Origin: Akkermansiaceae bacterium
Lineage (GTDB): Bacteria; Verrucomicrobiota; Verrucomicrobiia; Verrucomicrobiales; Akkermansiaceae
Direction: 5' to 3'
Assembly: GCA_031425955.1 (NCBI GenBank)
Contig: JANPKJ010000143.1
Coordinates: 14,239 to 78,238, forward strand
DNA: 64,000 bases
Part shown: one piece after another, positions 9,572 to 20,091 of the stretch
Position numbering within the stretch: position 1 is the first letter of the stretch
Layout: every line of letters starts with the position of its first letter
Notes under the pieces: generated by a model
What the model was told of the DNA's origin: nothing
The model's input: only the letters and a program-made list of their open reading frames with translations
Database searches by the model: none
Program-made: the position numbers and the translations under genes

Positions 9572-12562
9572 GTGCATATCCAGCCCAAAAGAATTGTCAC
9601 AAAATTGAGTGCCTTGCTGCTGTTGACGTGCGCGGCTATCGGCGCGATTCAGGGCGTGGCTGCTGCGGTGCCTGCGGTGTCCGATGACTACTTGCTGCGC
9701 CGCTGGGATATGGATGAAGGGCTGCCGCAAAGTTCTGTCAGCGACATCGTGCAGACGCCGGACGGGTATCTATGGCTTGGCACACGGGACTCTCTCGTGC
9801 GGTTCGATGGCGTCCGCTTCAAGGCCTTCCGGAACTTCGACGCGACGATGCCATTTGCCGCAGATGTGCGATGCCTGACGACGGACTCGAGCGGTGCATT
9901 GTGGGCCGGATTCGAACGTGCGGCGGTGGTGCGGGCGCAGGCCGGAAATTTCGAAATGATGGCACCTCCGGGAGATTTCTCCGACCGGACGTATGCGCTG
10001 GCCGCAGATCGAGCGGGTGGCATTTGGGCGGGCTATGCTGCGGCCCGGATCGGATGTTGGCGGGCTGGGAAGTGGGAAACAATCGATTTGAATCCGGCCA
10101 ACAAACAGACTCGGTTCCGGGATAATGTCGTGTGTCGGGCTGATGAAGAAGGGCGCGTGTGGTTCGCTTCGGAATGGATGGTGGGCTACCTCGACGGCGA
10201 TTCACCGGTGATGCTGCGCCAGAACACCCAGCAATTCTTTCAACTGACGCCGCGACGGAAAGGTGGTGTCTGGTTGACTGCGGACGGCAAGCTGCTCGTT
10301 GCCACTGTCGAGGGAATCGAAGTCCCCGTGGCGGACTTGGGCGAGCTCGGCGTCGGGGTCGGCGGGGAAATTCAAACGCTGCTGGAAGACCGGCAGGGAG
10401 CGGTCTGGATCGGCACCAAGGGCAAAGGTCTGTTCCGCTATTTTGAGGGGCAGGTGCGGCAGGTGCCGACTTCGCACAACTATATCCGGGCATTATACGA
10501 AGATCGTGAGGGCAATCTCTGGGTCGGCACGGGCGGCGGTGGTTTGAACCGCCTGCGACTGCGGAATATCAGGCTGCATGATCGCAGCAACGACCTGCCC
10601 AAGGACTTGATCGTATCTCTCTGCGAGGCCACGGATGGTTCGGTCTGGCTCGCACCCAGCGAAGCCGCGCCCGTCCGATTCGGGCGGGATCGCCAGTTGA
10701 TTTCTTCGCCTGTAGGTAACCGCAACATGCTCTCCGGGGTCACGCTGTGCAGGAGTCGCTCGGGCGGTGTCTGGCTGGGGTCCTTCGACCGCGGGGTGTT
10801 TCTACTGCGCGACGGGCAGGTTGAGCCGGTCGGGCTCAGGAACAAACAAATCGGTTCGGTCCTGGAAGATTCCCAAGGGACGCTGTGGGTGGGCACTTTC
10901 AACGACGGAGTATTCGCCGTGCGTGACGGGCAGATTCAACACTATCCCACTGAGGCCGGTCTGGAACACGTTACCGCATTGGCGGAGGATGCGAGTGGTT
11001 TACTTTGGGTAGGAACGTTTGCGGGGACGCTTCATCAGCGCGTCGATGACGGCTTCGTTTCTATCGAAGGGATACGGGGAGCGAGCATCCAGACCATTTA
11101 CCCGGATGGCCCGGGGCGGCTTTGGATTGGGACGCGTGGCGGCGGATTGTTGAGGTTCAAGGACGGTGAGGTCCAGAAAGTCACAAGTGTGCAGGGATTG
11201 GCGGACGACGATGTCCGGCAAATTCTGTTGGATGACATCGGCGGCCTGTGGCTCGGCACCGCCCATGGCTTGTTCCAGGCAAAGCGGAGCGACGTGGAGG
11301 CGGTGATGGATGGTGGGGTGCCCGGCTTTCAATGTGTCTTTTACGGTCGAAACGAGGGCTTGGGAAACATCGAGTTCGGCGAAGGTTTTCGCAACGCCGC
11401 CTGTCGGACATCGGACGGGAAATTGTGGTTTGCCACCAGTCGAGGCGCCGTTGAGGTGACTCCGGAGCAGCCCACCTTGCCGCCGCCGCTCATCATGCAC
11501 ATCGAGGAGCTTTTGGTGGATGGCAAGCCAATGGCGGTGGATGACCGAAAAGGCCCGGTGATCATTCCTGCCGGGAGTCGGAGCGTGGAGCTGCGCTACA
11601 CGGGCATGAACTTCGCCTCGCCGGAAAATGTCGAGTTCCGGCATCGCCTGGAAGACGTGGAAAGCGAGTGGCTGGAAGGTGGCACGGAGCGGACGGCCAC
11701 CTATTTACAGCTGCCGCCAGGCAACTACCGGTTTCACGTTACCGCGCGGGCTAACGGTGGTGACTGGCAGCCGGAGGGCGCTACCGTCAGCTTCACGGTG
11801 TTGCCCACCCTTTGGCAGAATGCGTATTTCCGTGCCCTGTCGGGAGTTCTGTTACTTGCCTTGGCGGCGGCTGCCACGCGTGCCATCCTGCTGCGCCGGG
11901 TGCGGGCTCGCCTTCTTGCTCTCGAACAGTCGCAGGCACTCAGCAACGAACGCCGCCGCATCGCGCGCGACATGCACGACGAGCTGGGGGCCAGCTTGAC
12001 CCGGATCGAACTGATGGGAAACCAAGCGTTGCGCAATCCCGGGTTGGATCCCGCAGCGACGTTGCAAGTCGGGCGCATCACTGATGCCGCGCGGGAAGTG
12101 GTGCAGACGCTCGACCAGATCGTCTGGACCGTCAATCCGGGGAATGACCGCCTGGACCGGGTCATTGGCTACTTGAGCCAGTATGTCGCCGAGTTTCTCG
12201 CGACGACGAATATTCGATTCCTGCAGGAACTTCCTGAAACCGTGCCAGCCATCTGTATGACCTCGCAGGTGCGGCATGAATTGTTGCTCGCCCTCAAGGA
12301 AGCCCTCACCAACGCGGTCAAACATTCGGGCGCGGCGGAGATTACTCTGAATGTCGCTTTGGAAAATGATGTGCTGAGTATCATCCTCGCCGACAACGGG
12401 CACGGATTCGACCTAGCCACGATCAAGTCCGGCGGCGATGGCCTGGAAAATCTCCGCCAGCGCCTCAATTCGATCGGCGGACAATGCCGGATGGAAAGCG
12501 TGCTGGGCAAGGGATTCATCGTGAGTATCAGTCTGCCGCTTCCAGAAACACAATCATCATGA
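9572..12562 (+). CDS. Sensor histidine kinase with periplasmic two-component beta-propeller and Y_Y_Y domain, HisKA_3 type
   Basis: Repeated ED..G.LWVGT..GL motifs; YLQLPPGNYRFHV; TM segment; ERRRIARDMHDELG; EALTNAVKHS; DNGHGF. Confidence 0.93.
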   Translation: MHIQPKRIVTKLSALLLLTCAAIGAIQGVAAAVPAVSDDYLLRRWDMDEGLPQSSVSDIVQTPDGYLWLGTRDSLVRFDGVRFKAFRNFDATMPFAADVRCLTTDSSGALWAGFERAAVVRAQAGNFEMMAPPGDFSDRTYALAADRAGGIWAGYAAARIGCWRAGKWETIDLNPANKQTRFRDNVVCRADEEGRVWFASEWMVGYLDGDSPVMLRQNTQQFFQLTPRRKGGVWLTADGKLLVATVEGIEVPVADLGELGVGVGGEIQTLLEDRQGAVWIGTKGKGLFRYFEGQVRQVPTSHNYIRALYEDREGNLWVGTGGGGLNRLRLRNIRLHDRSNDLPKDLIVSLCEATDGSVWLAPSEAAPVRFGRDRQLISSPVGNRNMLSGVTLCRSRSGGVWLGSFDRGVFLLRDGQVEPVGLRNKQIGSVLEDSQGTLWVGTFNDGVFAVRDGQIQHYPTEAGLEHVTALAEDASGLLWVGTFAGTLHQRVDDGFVSIEGIRGASIQTIYPDGPGRLWIGTRGGGLLRFKDGEVQKVTSVQGLADDDVRQILLDDIGGLWLGTAHGLFQAKRSDVEAVMDGGVPGFQCVFYGRNEGLGNIEFGEGFRNAACRTSDGKLWFATSRGAVEVTPEQPTLPPPLIMHIEELLVDGKPMAVDDRKGPVIIPAGSRSVELRYTGMNFASPENVEFRHRLEDVESEWLEGGTERTATYLQLPPGNYRFHVTARANGGDWQPEGATVSFTVLPTLWQNAYFRALSGVLLLALAAAATRAILLRRVRARLLALEQSQALSNERRRIARDMHDELGASLTRIELMGNQALRNPGLDPAATLQVGRITDAAREVVQTLDQIVWTVNPGNDRLDRVIGYLSQYVAEFLATTNIRFLQELPETVPAICMTSQVRHELLLALKEALTNAVKHSGAAEITLNVALENDVLSIILADNGHGFDLATIKSGGDGLENLRQRLNSIGGQCRMESVLGKGFIVSISLPLPETQSS

Positions 12563-13209
12563 AGACCACCAAACCCATTAGAGTCGCCATTGTGGAAGAT
12601 GACGAACGCCTGCGCGAAGAGCTCGCCTCGGAGATCGAAAGCCAGCCCACCTTGCGCTGTGTCGGAGCATTTGCCAATGCCGCCGAGGCATTGCTGCAAT
12701 TGCCGGAGGCCGCACCGGATGTGGTGATGATGGACATTCACCTGGGGCAGGGAATGTCCGGGATCGAATGCACCAAGGCTCTGAAAGCGGCTTTGCCGGA
12801 CACGCAGGTCATCATGCTCACCATGTTCGATGACTCGGACAAGATATTCGCGGCACTGCGCGCGGGGGCTGCAGGCTATTTGCTCAAGCGGTTCGCCTCC
12901 GGGGAATTGCTGCCGGCCATCAATCAAGCCCACGTCGGAGCCTCGCCGATCACGCCGCAGATTGCGCGGCAGGTGTTCGATTTCTTCCGGAACCAGGAGG
13001 CCAAGTCGGCGCCTTCGCCGGGCTTGGACAAGCTAACGGAACGCGAGCGCGAGCTACTTTCCCTGATGGCACGCGGCAAGCAATACAAGGAAGTGGCGGA
13101 TCACCTGGGGATCAGCACCGATACCGTGCGCAGCCACATCCGGCGGATCTATCGGAAGCTGCATGTGCATTCCTGCACGGAAGCCGTCGTGAAGTTTCTC
13201 GGTGATTGA
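12559..13209 (+). CDS. NarL/LuxR-family response regulator
   Basis: REC domain (VAIVEDD, PDVVMMDI, GYLLK) and LuxR HTH (LTERERELL..YKEVADHLGIS.DTVRSHIRRIYRKL); ATGA overlap with the kinase. Confidence 0.95.
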   Translation: MKTTKPIRVAIVEDDERLREELASEIESQPTLRCVGAFANAAEALLQLPEAAPDVVMMDIHLGQGMSGIECTKALKAALPDTQVIMLTMFDDSDKIFAALRAGAAGYLLKRFASGELLPAINQAHVGASPITPQIARQVFDFFRNQEAKSAPSPGLDKLTERERELLSLMARGKQYKEVADHLGISTDTVRSHIRRIYRKLHVHSCTEAVVKFLGD

Positions 13210-13714
13210 GCCGGCGCGCGGGCTTCGTCGAAAGTCCCTCCTGTCACGGGAAATGGGGCGGAACATACGATTGGCACCGGCGTGGCGGTTTTCCAGGCAG
13301 GTGAAGCCATAGCGTTTGAGGTTCAGGTTTCGATTTACCCCCTGCCTGTTTCGTGCGGCCTCTCTTGAAAATCACCTCCTTGGGTGATTGTTCAGGCCAG
13401 GAACTGAAGGTATACCTAATCCCCAAGACAGGGGATTTTCGGCGATTCTCTTCCGTTCCAAACCCAAAGCAGCTCCGTAGCGGGCAAAAAATCCTGCGCT
13501 CCGTGAAAATCCGCGATCCGTATGAAATCAAAATCACTGCGTGTCGTCCGCATCGCTTCATCTGTCGCCGACACCTTGTAAGATCTATCAGCCTCTACCT
13601 TCTCAAGATCAACCAGACTGCCAGTCGTATCTCAGTGATCAGGACGCGGCTACACCGACGACAAACCAACCTACTGTTTTCCCGCTCTCCGCTCCTTCCA
13701 CTCAAGCAAAAGAC

Positions 13715-14587
13715 ATGAAAAACCCCTCAGGAATACTGGTTGTCGCCGCAGCTGTCGCGGCATTCGCATGGATCTCAATCAAAGAGCGCCGCCATCCCAC
13801 AGGCACCGCGGCTGACGTCGCTGCTGAAGGCGAGGCGTCCCGTTCCCGGGGCGGGCAGATGCCGGCACCACCTTTTAAAACAAAGGTCGCCAGGATCGCG
13901 CGTCCGGCGTCGATGACCATCATCTCTCAGGATGAAGATCCAGACGCGTCCTTGCCGCCGATCGCGGAAACCATGCGGGCCGCGCGGTCAGACGTCTTCA
14001 ACTTCAAACACCACCTCTGCCAGTGCCAGTGTGATCTGGATGAGACCCGCATCATGGCCGTGCTTTCAAAACTCAATTTGACTTGGCCCCGCATGCAGGA
14101 AGAACTCGGAAGTGTCGCCATGGAGCACAATCTTCGCTTCCGCGAAGAAGAGGCCCTCCGACTCGTCGAAAAGAATCCCCACGCCGCGATCAAATTCATG
14201 GCCACCCAGATCCGCTATGAAACCGAAAAGTGGATCACCACCACCGCCGCCGCTCCGTGGCGTGAAAGCCTCCGCGAAGGGGGGCTGGGCGACAGCAGCC
14301 TCTATGCGGCCATGCTCGGCGACGTTTCAGACGTCCACTTCGACGCCATGGTGAACGAAAATCTCTCACTCGTCGCGGCCTCCAGAGCACTCCAAGAAAG
14401 CACGCTAGAAAACTCATTCAAGCGCCCGCCCAACGTTCGCCTCAAGACCCTCGCCCGCCTCGCCGACGAAGGCCTCCTCGATGGAAGCCCTTACCAAGCG
14501 AAGGCTCAGGCTGAGATGACCACCCTCATCGGACATGCACCCGGCAAAAACGGGTCATGGCTCCACGAAGTGGCAGAGCGTCTCTAA
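13715..14587 (+). CDS. Hypothetical protein with N-terminal membrane anchor
   Basis: ATG at 13715, hydrophobic GILVVAAAVAAFAWI segment; directly upstream of the G8 protein. Confidence 0.65.
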   Translation: MKNPSGILVVAAAVAAFAWISIKERRHPTGTAADVAAEGEASRSRGGQMPAPPFKTKVARIARPASMTIISQDEDPDASLPPIAETMRAARSDVFNFKHHLCQCQCDLDETRIMAVLSKLNLTWPRMQEELGSVAMEHNLRFREEEALRLVEKNPHAAIKFMATQIRYETEKWITTTAAAPWRESLREGGLGDSSLYAAMLGDVSDVHFDAMVNENLSLVAASRALQESTLENSFKRPPNVRLKTLARLADEGLLDGSPYQAKAQAEMTTLIGHAPGKNGSWLHEVAERL

Positions 14588-14623
14588 AATCGTTTCCCAA
14601 AATAACCCAATAAACCCATTTCT

Positions 14624-17600
14624 ATGAAAAACCAAAAACCCCACCACCTAGGAATCCAGCCAAAATGGCTCTTCCTCGCAGCCACCGCACTCATCGCCGG
14701 GCCAGCAATCGCCGGCCCCATTCCCACTCCGACCCATACCGCGCAGAATGTCGCGGGAGATGGCACGCTCGCGGGTGGCAACTTTGAAAATGGAACGGTC
14801 ACCACCCATGAATACCTCGACTTGGCAAATGGTTGGGTCCTAGGCGGCTCCAGCGGAATTGTGCGAGAAGGCAAGAGTTTTGCCTCATCTTACCCCAATC
14901 TGCCCGGTGGAGAAACTGCGCTTTTCCTGCAAGGCGGCTCTTCTAGCGCCACCCAGACATTCTCGAAAACCGCAGGTCTCTGGCAGCTCTCATTCGACGG
15001 TGGCCAGCGCAACCAGAACCAAACGCAGATCGTCCGAGTCCTCATCAATGGGCAGAATGTTTTCCAGGACCAAATCGACGCGGGTGCCCTTAAACGATAC
15101 ACCACCCGCCCCTTCCGCCACGCGGGTGGGAACATGACGGTGCAAATCTCCGGCCTACAGACGACTGGGGACAACACCGCGATTGTCGATGATGTAAAAC
15201 TCGAAACCGTCGGCGGCTGGAACAATGCCGCCACTTGGGTCGGAGGAGCCGTTCCAAGCCTCTTCGCCAACATCGTCAACATCCCTCCGGGAGTGCGTGT
15301 CGCAATCACCGAAAACCTGAACGCTAAAGCTGGAGACATCCACGTCCAAGGGTTCCTCGGAGTCATCGACACGGCCCCCAGCAGCATCGAATGCCGCTCG
15401 ATTCTCGTAAATGGCAGTGGTGCCACCTTCCAAGTCGGCACCGAGGGCAGTCGCCACCAAAGCGACTTCGAAGTCCTCCTCAACACCAACGACACCGTCC
15501 GCGACATCGTCAACTTCGGTAACAAATTCATCGGCGCACAAATGGGCGGCATCATTGACCTCCACGGCAGAAGCGTCACCAGCTACGGAAAAGTCAACAC
15601 CACCGTCAGCTCCGGGAACAACACCATCGACGTCCAAAACATCGCGGGCTGGAGCATTGGCGACGACATCGTCATCACCTCGACTGACGGCGCGACCAAC
15701 TCAACCGGCGCCAACGGCTGGGATAATTACGAAACGTTCACCATCACCAACGTCGCCACCGTCAATTCCACCGTCACCCGCCTCACACTCAACGGCACGA
15801 TCCAAAGACGCCACCTCGGCGTGGAACAATCCTACTCCCGCACCCTCGCACCCGCGAAGTCATGGACCTTTGAGACCCGCGCCTACGTCGGACTGCTTTC
15901 GCGAAATGTTCGCGTCGAAGGTATCCTCCCCACCGGGCCCGACACCGAGACCGGCTTCGGCGGCCACATCATGATCATGGGCGCTCACAATGGTCTAAGC
16001 GTCGCCGGAGTCGGCAGACTCTCGAATGTGGAACTCTATCATATGGGTCAGAAAACCCTCGGTAACGGTGGCCTAGTCGGCAGATACCCGTTTCACTGGC
16101 ACATGCTAGCCAGCGCGGGCACCGGTCAGTTCATCAGAAACTGCTCCATCCACCGCTCCTTCAACCGCGCCGTCACCATTCATGGCACGCACAATACAAC
16201 GGTTTCCAGCAATGTCGCCTTCGACCACCTCGGACACGGCATCTTCTTTGAAGATGGCTCTGAAGAAAATAACACCGTCAACGCAAATCTCGTCGTTCTC
16301 AGCCGTAAGCCGCCCGTCGGCGAAGAGGTCATCCTGAGCGATAACTCAAAAGACGAACCCCAGAACCGCTCTCCCTCGGCCTTCTGGATCAGCAATCCAA
16401 AAAACACCATCAACAACAACATCGCCTCCGGCACCAAGGGCGTTGGCTACTGGTTTGCGCTGTCGGACAATCCCACCGGTCTTTCCGCTTCTGACCCCCG
16501 CTTCAACTCCGTCACTCCTAGAACGAATAGCATCACCTCATTCTCAGGAAATTCCTCGAACAGCAGCATGATGGCGCTCGATATCAATGACGCAGTCGAT
16601 CCCGATACGCTCGATATCTTTAAAAACCAACCCTACAATCCTACCACGGACTTTCAGGAGATTAACCGTTTGAAGGTTTATGGTAACAACACCGGCGTCT
16701 ATACCGGCCTCGGCTCACTGATCGATCAACTGATCTTCACCGAAAATGAATATGTGGAAAACAAATTCCATACCTTCCTAGCCAGCTATCAGACCGTTTC
16801 CAACAGCCTGTTCGTTGATAAAACCGCCAGCGCCATTCTCACAGGGACTCGGACCGCAGTATTCCAGTACGATGGCCCAGGTCGCTTCAAGGACAACCAC
16901 TTCCACGGCTACAATGCAGCAGACGCATCGGTATTCCAAAATGGCGGCGGAGCCGTTAACCGGAGCAACTGGTTGTTCGAGGGCAGCTCGTTCAACCACA
17001 CCGGTCGTCCGCGAGTCGCTTATGCCAACACCAATGACGGCAACCAAATGGATGCCACGATTGATCTCGATGGAACCTTAACCGGTGTCGCGAACCGGGT
17101 GCTCATCACCCCCCATGCAATCATGCGCACTCCTAGCGATCCGGCAGCGCCTACCAACTGGGTGAATGCGTTTGTCTCTTCAAACACCTTCATTTCCACC
17201 ATCACCAACATGCCCGGCACGGACCCTATTCCAAGCATGACCTTCACCCGCGTCAACACCACCGACCTCACCCGGGTCGCACTCACATCCCCCGCCGGCG
17301 GGCCCAACCACCTAGCGGTCCTCATCGCCCATAAGGCGGCCGTCATCACCAATACACCGCCGTATGAATACGAAATCAGCTTCGGCACCTTGCCGACCAA
17401 TAAAACAGTAAACTTCTACATCCGCGACACAACGCCCGGGAACTCGTTGACGCTGAAATTCATGGGCCTCGGCGGAGCGCGGCTAGGCGTCGCCAGTGGC
17501 GCAGCAGTAGTCACCAGCATGGCGCTCCTCGACAGTGCCACCGTCACCTCCTCTTTCCGGGACGGTTCAAACCTCACCGTGAAAATCGTCGCCAACAAAC

Positions 17601-17644
17601 CTCGAATGGACGCCCAACAAATCGCGACCGTGACGTGGCAGTGA
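14624..17644 (+). CDS. Secreted G8-domain / parallel beta-helix protein (CEMIP/TMEM2-like)
   Basis: Signal peptide; G8-like segment; VGLLSRNVRVEG, GGHIM, GRYPFHWH, SFNRAVTIHGTH, GHGIFFEDGSE, FWISNP. Confidence 0.85.
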   Translation: MKNQKPHHLGIQPKWLFLAATALIAGPAIAGPIPTPTHTAQNVAGDGTLAGGNFENGTVTTHEYLDLANGWVLGGSSGIVREGKSFASSYPNLPGGETALFLQGGSSSATQTFSKTAGLWQLSFDGGQRNQNQTQIVRVLINGQNVFQDQIDAGALKRYTTRPFRHAGGNMTVQISGLQTTGDNTAIVDDVKLETVGGWNNAATWVGGAVPSLFANIVNIPPGVRVAITENLNAKAGDIHVQGFLGVIDTAPSSIECRSILVNGSGATFQVGTEGSRHQSDFEVLLNTNDTVRDIVNFGNKFIGAQMGGIIDLHGRSVTSYGKVNTTVSSGNNTIDVQNIAGWSIGDDIVITSTDGATNSTGANGWDNYETFTITNVATVNSTVTRLTLNGTIQRRHLGVEQSYSRTLAPAKSWTFETRAYVGLLSRNVRVEGILPTGPDTETGFGGHIMIMGAHNGLSVAGVGRLSNVELYHMGQKTLGNGGLVGRYPFHWHMLASAGTGQFIRNCSIHRSFNRAVTIHGTHNTTVSSNVAFDHLGHGIFFEDGSEENNTVNANLVVLSRKPPVGEEVILSDNSKDEPQNRSPSAFWISNPKNTINNNIASGTKGVGYWFALSDNPTGLSASDPRFNSVTPRTNSITSFSGNSSNSSMMALDINDAVDPDTLDIFKNQPYNPTTDFQEINRLKVYGNNTGVYTGLGSLIDQLIFTENEYVENKFHTFLASYQTVSNSLFVDKTASAILTGTRTAVFQYDGPGRFKDNHFHGYNAADASVFQNGGGAVNRSNWLFEGSSFNHTGRPRVAYANTNDGNQMDATIDLDGTLTGVANRVLITPHAIMRTPSDPAAPTNWVNAFVSSNTFISTITNMPGTDPIPSMTFTRVNTTDLTRVALTSPAGGPNHLAVLIAHKAAVITNTPPYEYEISFGTLPTNKTVNFYIRDTTPGNSLTLKFMGLGGARLGVASGAAVVTSMALLDSATVTSSFRDGSNLTVKIVANKPRMDAQQIATVTWQ

Positions 17645-17701
17645 TGCCTGACCCGAAATCCTCCCTTGTGGGAAATGATTCAAGACGGACCTCGGAATGA
17701 C

Positions 17702-17734
17702 AAAAAGCCCCGCGCCGGAAGCTCCGGCGCGGGG
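17702..17734 (-). terminator. Intrinsic terminator between convergent genes
   Basis: CCCCGCGCCGGA-AGC-TCCGGCGCGGGG stem; adjacent AAAAA gives a U-tract on the minus strand. Confidence 0.75.
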
Positions 17735-17749
17735 TCAGTGTTTTCAGGC

Positions 17750-18700
17750 CTACTTGATGTCCTCGACCTTGGTGAGTTTGATCGTGATCTCCTGATTTGT
17801 CGGTATCTTGATCGTCTCATCAGGCATCGCCGGGTTCTTCATCGCCATTTCCATGTCCTGTTTCATCCGCACGTCGCGAGCCATGCCAAGGGCGGGATCG
17901 AACCAGGTGGTGCTGGTGATTTTCCCATGAGTAAGCGTAACTCCCATCGCCTGCATCATCGCGGCGGTGGGATCCTTCTCGGCACCTTCCGGGGCGGCGG
18001 CGATCTCCATGCTGGCATCCATGGTAATTTCCGCACAGGGGATGTCGTCATGAGGCTGCATGCCTTTGAAGGTGTAGGTTCCCTCAATGCTCACCGTTCC
18101 GATTTGTGGTAGCTCCATGGAGTAGCTGACCGGCCAGGAATCTCCGGGTTTGACGGGATGGCCCGGCAAGGATTTGAGGGCGGCTTGTCCGACCGTTTCT
18201 GTGAGGGACTCCTTAGTAAATATTTTGCCGGCCATGGCCGCGCCGGGACCTGCTGCTAGCCCCTTCTGGAATTCGTCGAAGTTTTCAATGTCCTGAATCT
18301 CGTCCTGCGCGCTGGCGAGCATTTTGAGTTCCTTGCCGACGAAAGCGCTAAAACTTTTTCCCATGCCTTGCGGGTCGTCGTCGGGTTTGGCGGAATCGAA
18401 GCTGGTTTGCTGGCCCATCATGTCCATTTTTATCGCCACGCGGTCAAAGCGCTGGGTAAGCCGCTTGCGCTGGCCGTCCTCGTGTTGGGAAATGGCGGTG
18501 CTGTACTCCATGGTCATGTCCATTTTCTGATCCACGTCCTGGCCGCCCATGGACATGGTGGTGGAGGAGATGGTTTCCATGGTCTGGTAATATTTTTTGC
18601 CGACGGTCCATTGTTGCTTGAGCGCGATGGCATCGGCGGCGGGAAGCGTCGCGGCGCTGAGGAGCAGGGCGGCGGCGATGAGGCTGTGTGTTGGTTTCAT
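17750..18700 (-). CDS. Secreted DUF6263-like protein
   Basis: Signal peptide; LKQQWTVGKKY..., LP..PVKPGDSW pattern. Confidence 0.6.
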   Translation of the reverse strand: MKPTHSLIAAALLLSAATLPAADAIALKQQWTVGKKYYQTMETISSTTMSMGGQDVDQKMDMTMEYSTAISQHEDGQRKRLTQRFDRVAIKMDMMGQQTSFDSAKPDDDPQGMGKSFSAFVGKELKMLASAQDEIQDIENFDEFQKGLAAGPGAAMAGKIFTKESLTETVGQAALKSLPGHPVKPGDSWPVSYSMELPQIGTVSIEGTYTFKGMQPHDDIPCAEITMDASMEIAAAPEGAEKDPTAAMMQAMGVTLTHGKITSTTWFDPALGMARDVRMKQDMEMAMKNPAMPDETIKIPTNQEITIKLTKVEDIK

Positions 18701-18754
18701 GTTGTTGTTTTGTTCGTGGTTTCTGGGACTGAGAGGAGATTTAGACGGGGGGCG

Positions 18755-20086
18755 TTAGCGGTTCGGGAAGTGTGCCGTCCCGGTGATGCCGCGTTCTATC
18801 CGGTAAACTTCGGATCGCCGCAAGCCGCGCTTGGAGAGTTGATAGGAGACAACCAGAGCGATGGCACCGCCGGGCAGGATGAAGGGCGCTGCCTTTTGGA
18901 AATGGAGGAAGCCCGCGATGACCAGCGCGCCTCCAAGCAGCATGATGGCGAAGGATTTCCACGATGAGAACTGGCCCCGGCAAGCGATGATCAGCGCATA
19001 ACCACCGCTGATGGAGAGGAAGAATGTCAGGAATTTCAACAGCGGTGGGAAGCCGTTGGTTTCCGGGCGGCTCAGCACGGTGAGGACGAGCGCGAGGCAA
19101 ATCCCGGTGGCGAGTGGCGCGATCATGCGGATGGCCGCCAGCCGGGCGGTGGAAAGTGGCAGGCTGCGGAGCACGCATAGGTCGTTGCCGACGTTGGCAA
19201 GTCCGCATAAGCAGAATGTAGTGAAAACGACAAAAGGAATGAGGAGCCGTAGTCCATCCTGGTCGAAATCTTTGAATGCCCAGGCGATCCCCACGGCGGG
19301 CAAGGCGGTGCAGGCGACACAGAGCCCGACGAGCATCAGGATTCTCACTAGAAGAAGCTGCATGCCAGTGAGCCCGCCAACAGGCTCTGGCGCTGCAACC
19401 GCCGCAGTGCCTGTTTCCATGCCACGGATTCCTTGGAGCCGCCGCGCCACCATTACCGGTGCGGCATACCATGAAAGCACCACCAAAATAGGGACCAGCG
19501 CGAAAAGCACCCAATGCCATGCCAGCATCATCGCTGGATTCTTCGGCAGGATGAAGCTCATGAACATCGGGCCGAATTGCCCGAAAATCATCAGCATCAT
19601 CATGAAAAAGGCCGTGGTCTTTTGGAGCACCGTGCCCGGCAGGCGAGTCGGAAGCGCGACGCAGATCAGGAAGTAGAACGCCGCGTAACCCAGGCCGAAC
19701 CACGCCCCGACCGCCGCAGCATACCATGGCGCGAAATGGTTCGGGTTTAGTACCAGCGTGTATTTCGGCGCGTCCGGAAGCGGGATCATCTGAGGTCCGC
19801 TCGTCATCTGGAAAATCAACGCGCCGATGAGCAATCCCAGTGCGGCCGTGAGCGCCGCTAACGGCACGCTGATCGCCCACCACGCAGTGGCTTGGGAGCG
19901 GCGGGGAAGCGGGAGATCGCCCACCGCACGGAACCATCCGCGTTGTCCATTGAGGAGCAGTGCGAGGAACACCCAGGGCGTGAACACATAGAGCGCACCG
20001 ACAGCGGCCCCCATGGCCGCGAAGGCGGCGATGCCGAGCAGGACCATCCATCTGCGGGCTACGAAATCGAGTAGGATGAGGCGCAT
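18755..20086 (-). CDS. Multi-pass membrane protein, ABC transporter permease
   Basis: Many hydrophobic helices; follows the ABC ATPase; start set at ATG 20086. Confidence 0.75.
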   Translation of the reverse strand: MRLILLDFVARRWMVLLGIAAFAAMGAAVGALYVFTPWVFLALLLNGQRGWFRAVGDLPLPRRSQATAWWAISVPLAALTAALGLLIGALIFQMTSGPQMIPLPDAPKYTLVLNPNHFAPWYAAAVGAWFGLGYAAFYFLICVALPTRLPGTVLQKTTAFFMMMLMIFGQFGPMFMSFILPKNPAMMLAWHWVLFALVPILVVLSWYAAPVMVARRLQGIRGMETGTAAVAAPEPVGGLTGMQLLLVRILMLVGLCVACTALPAVGIAWAFKDFDQDGLRLLIPFVVFTTFCLCGLANVGNDLCVLRSLPLSTARLAAIRMIAPLATGICLALVLTVLSRPETNGFPPLLKFLTFFLSISGGYALIIACRGQFSSWKSFAIMLLGGALVIAGFLHFQKAAPFILPGGAIALVVSYQLSKRGLRRSEVYRIERGITGTAHFPNR

Positions 20087-20091
20087 GGCGA

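Noticed and set aside
18741-20051. 436-aa alternative-frame ORF and the many other long antisense or overlapping ORFs
   Set aside because: Arg/Pro/Gly-rich shadow frames of GC-rich genes that overlap well-supported CDSs
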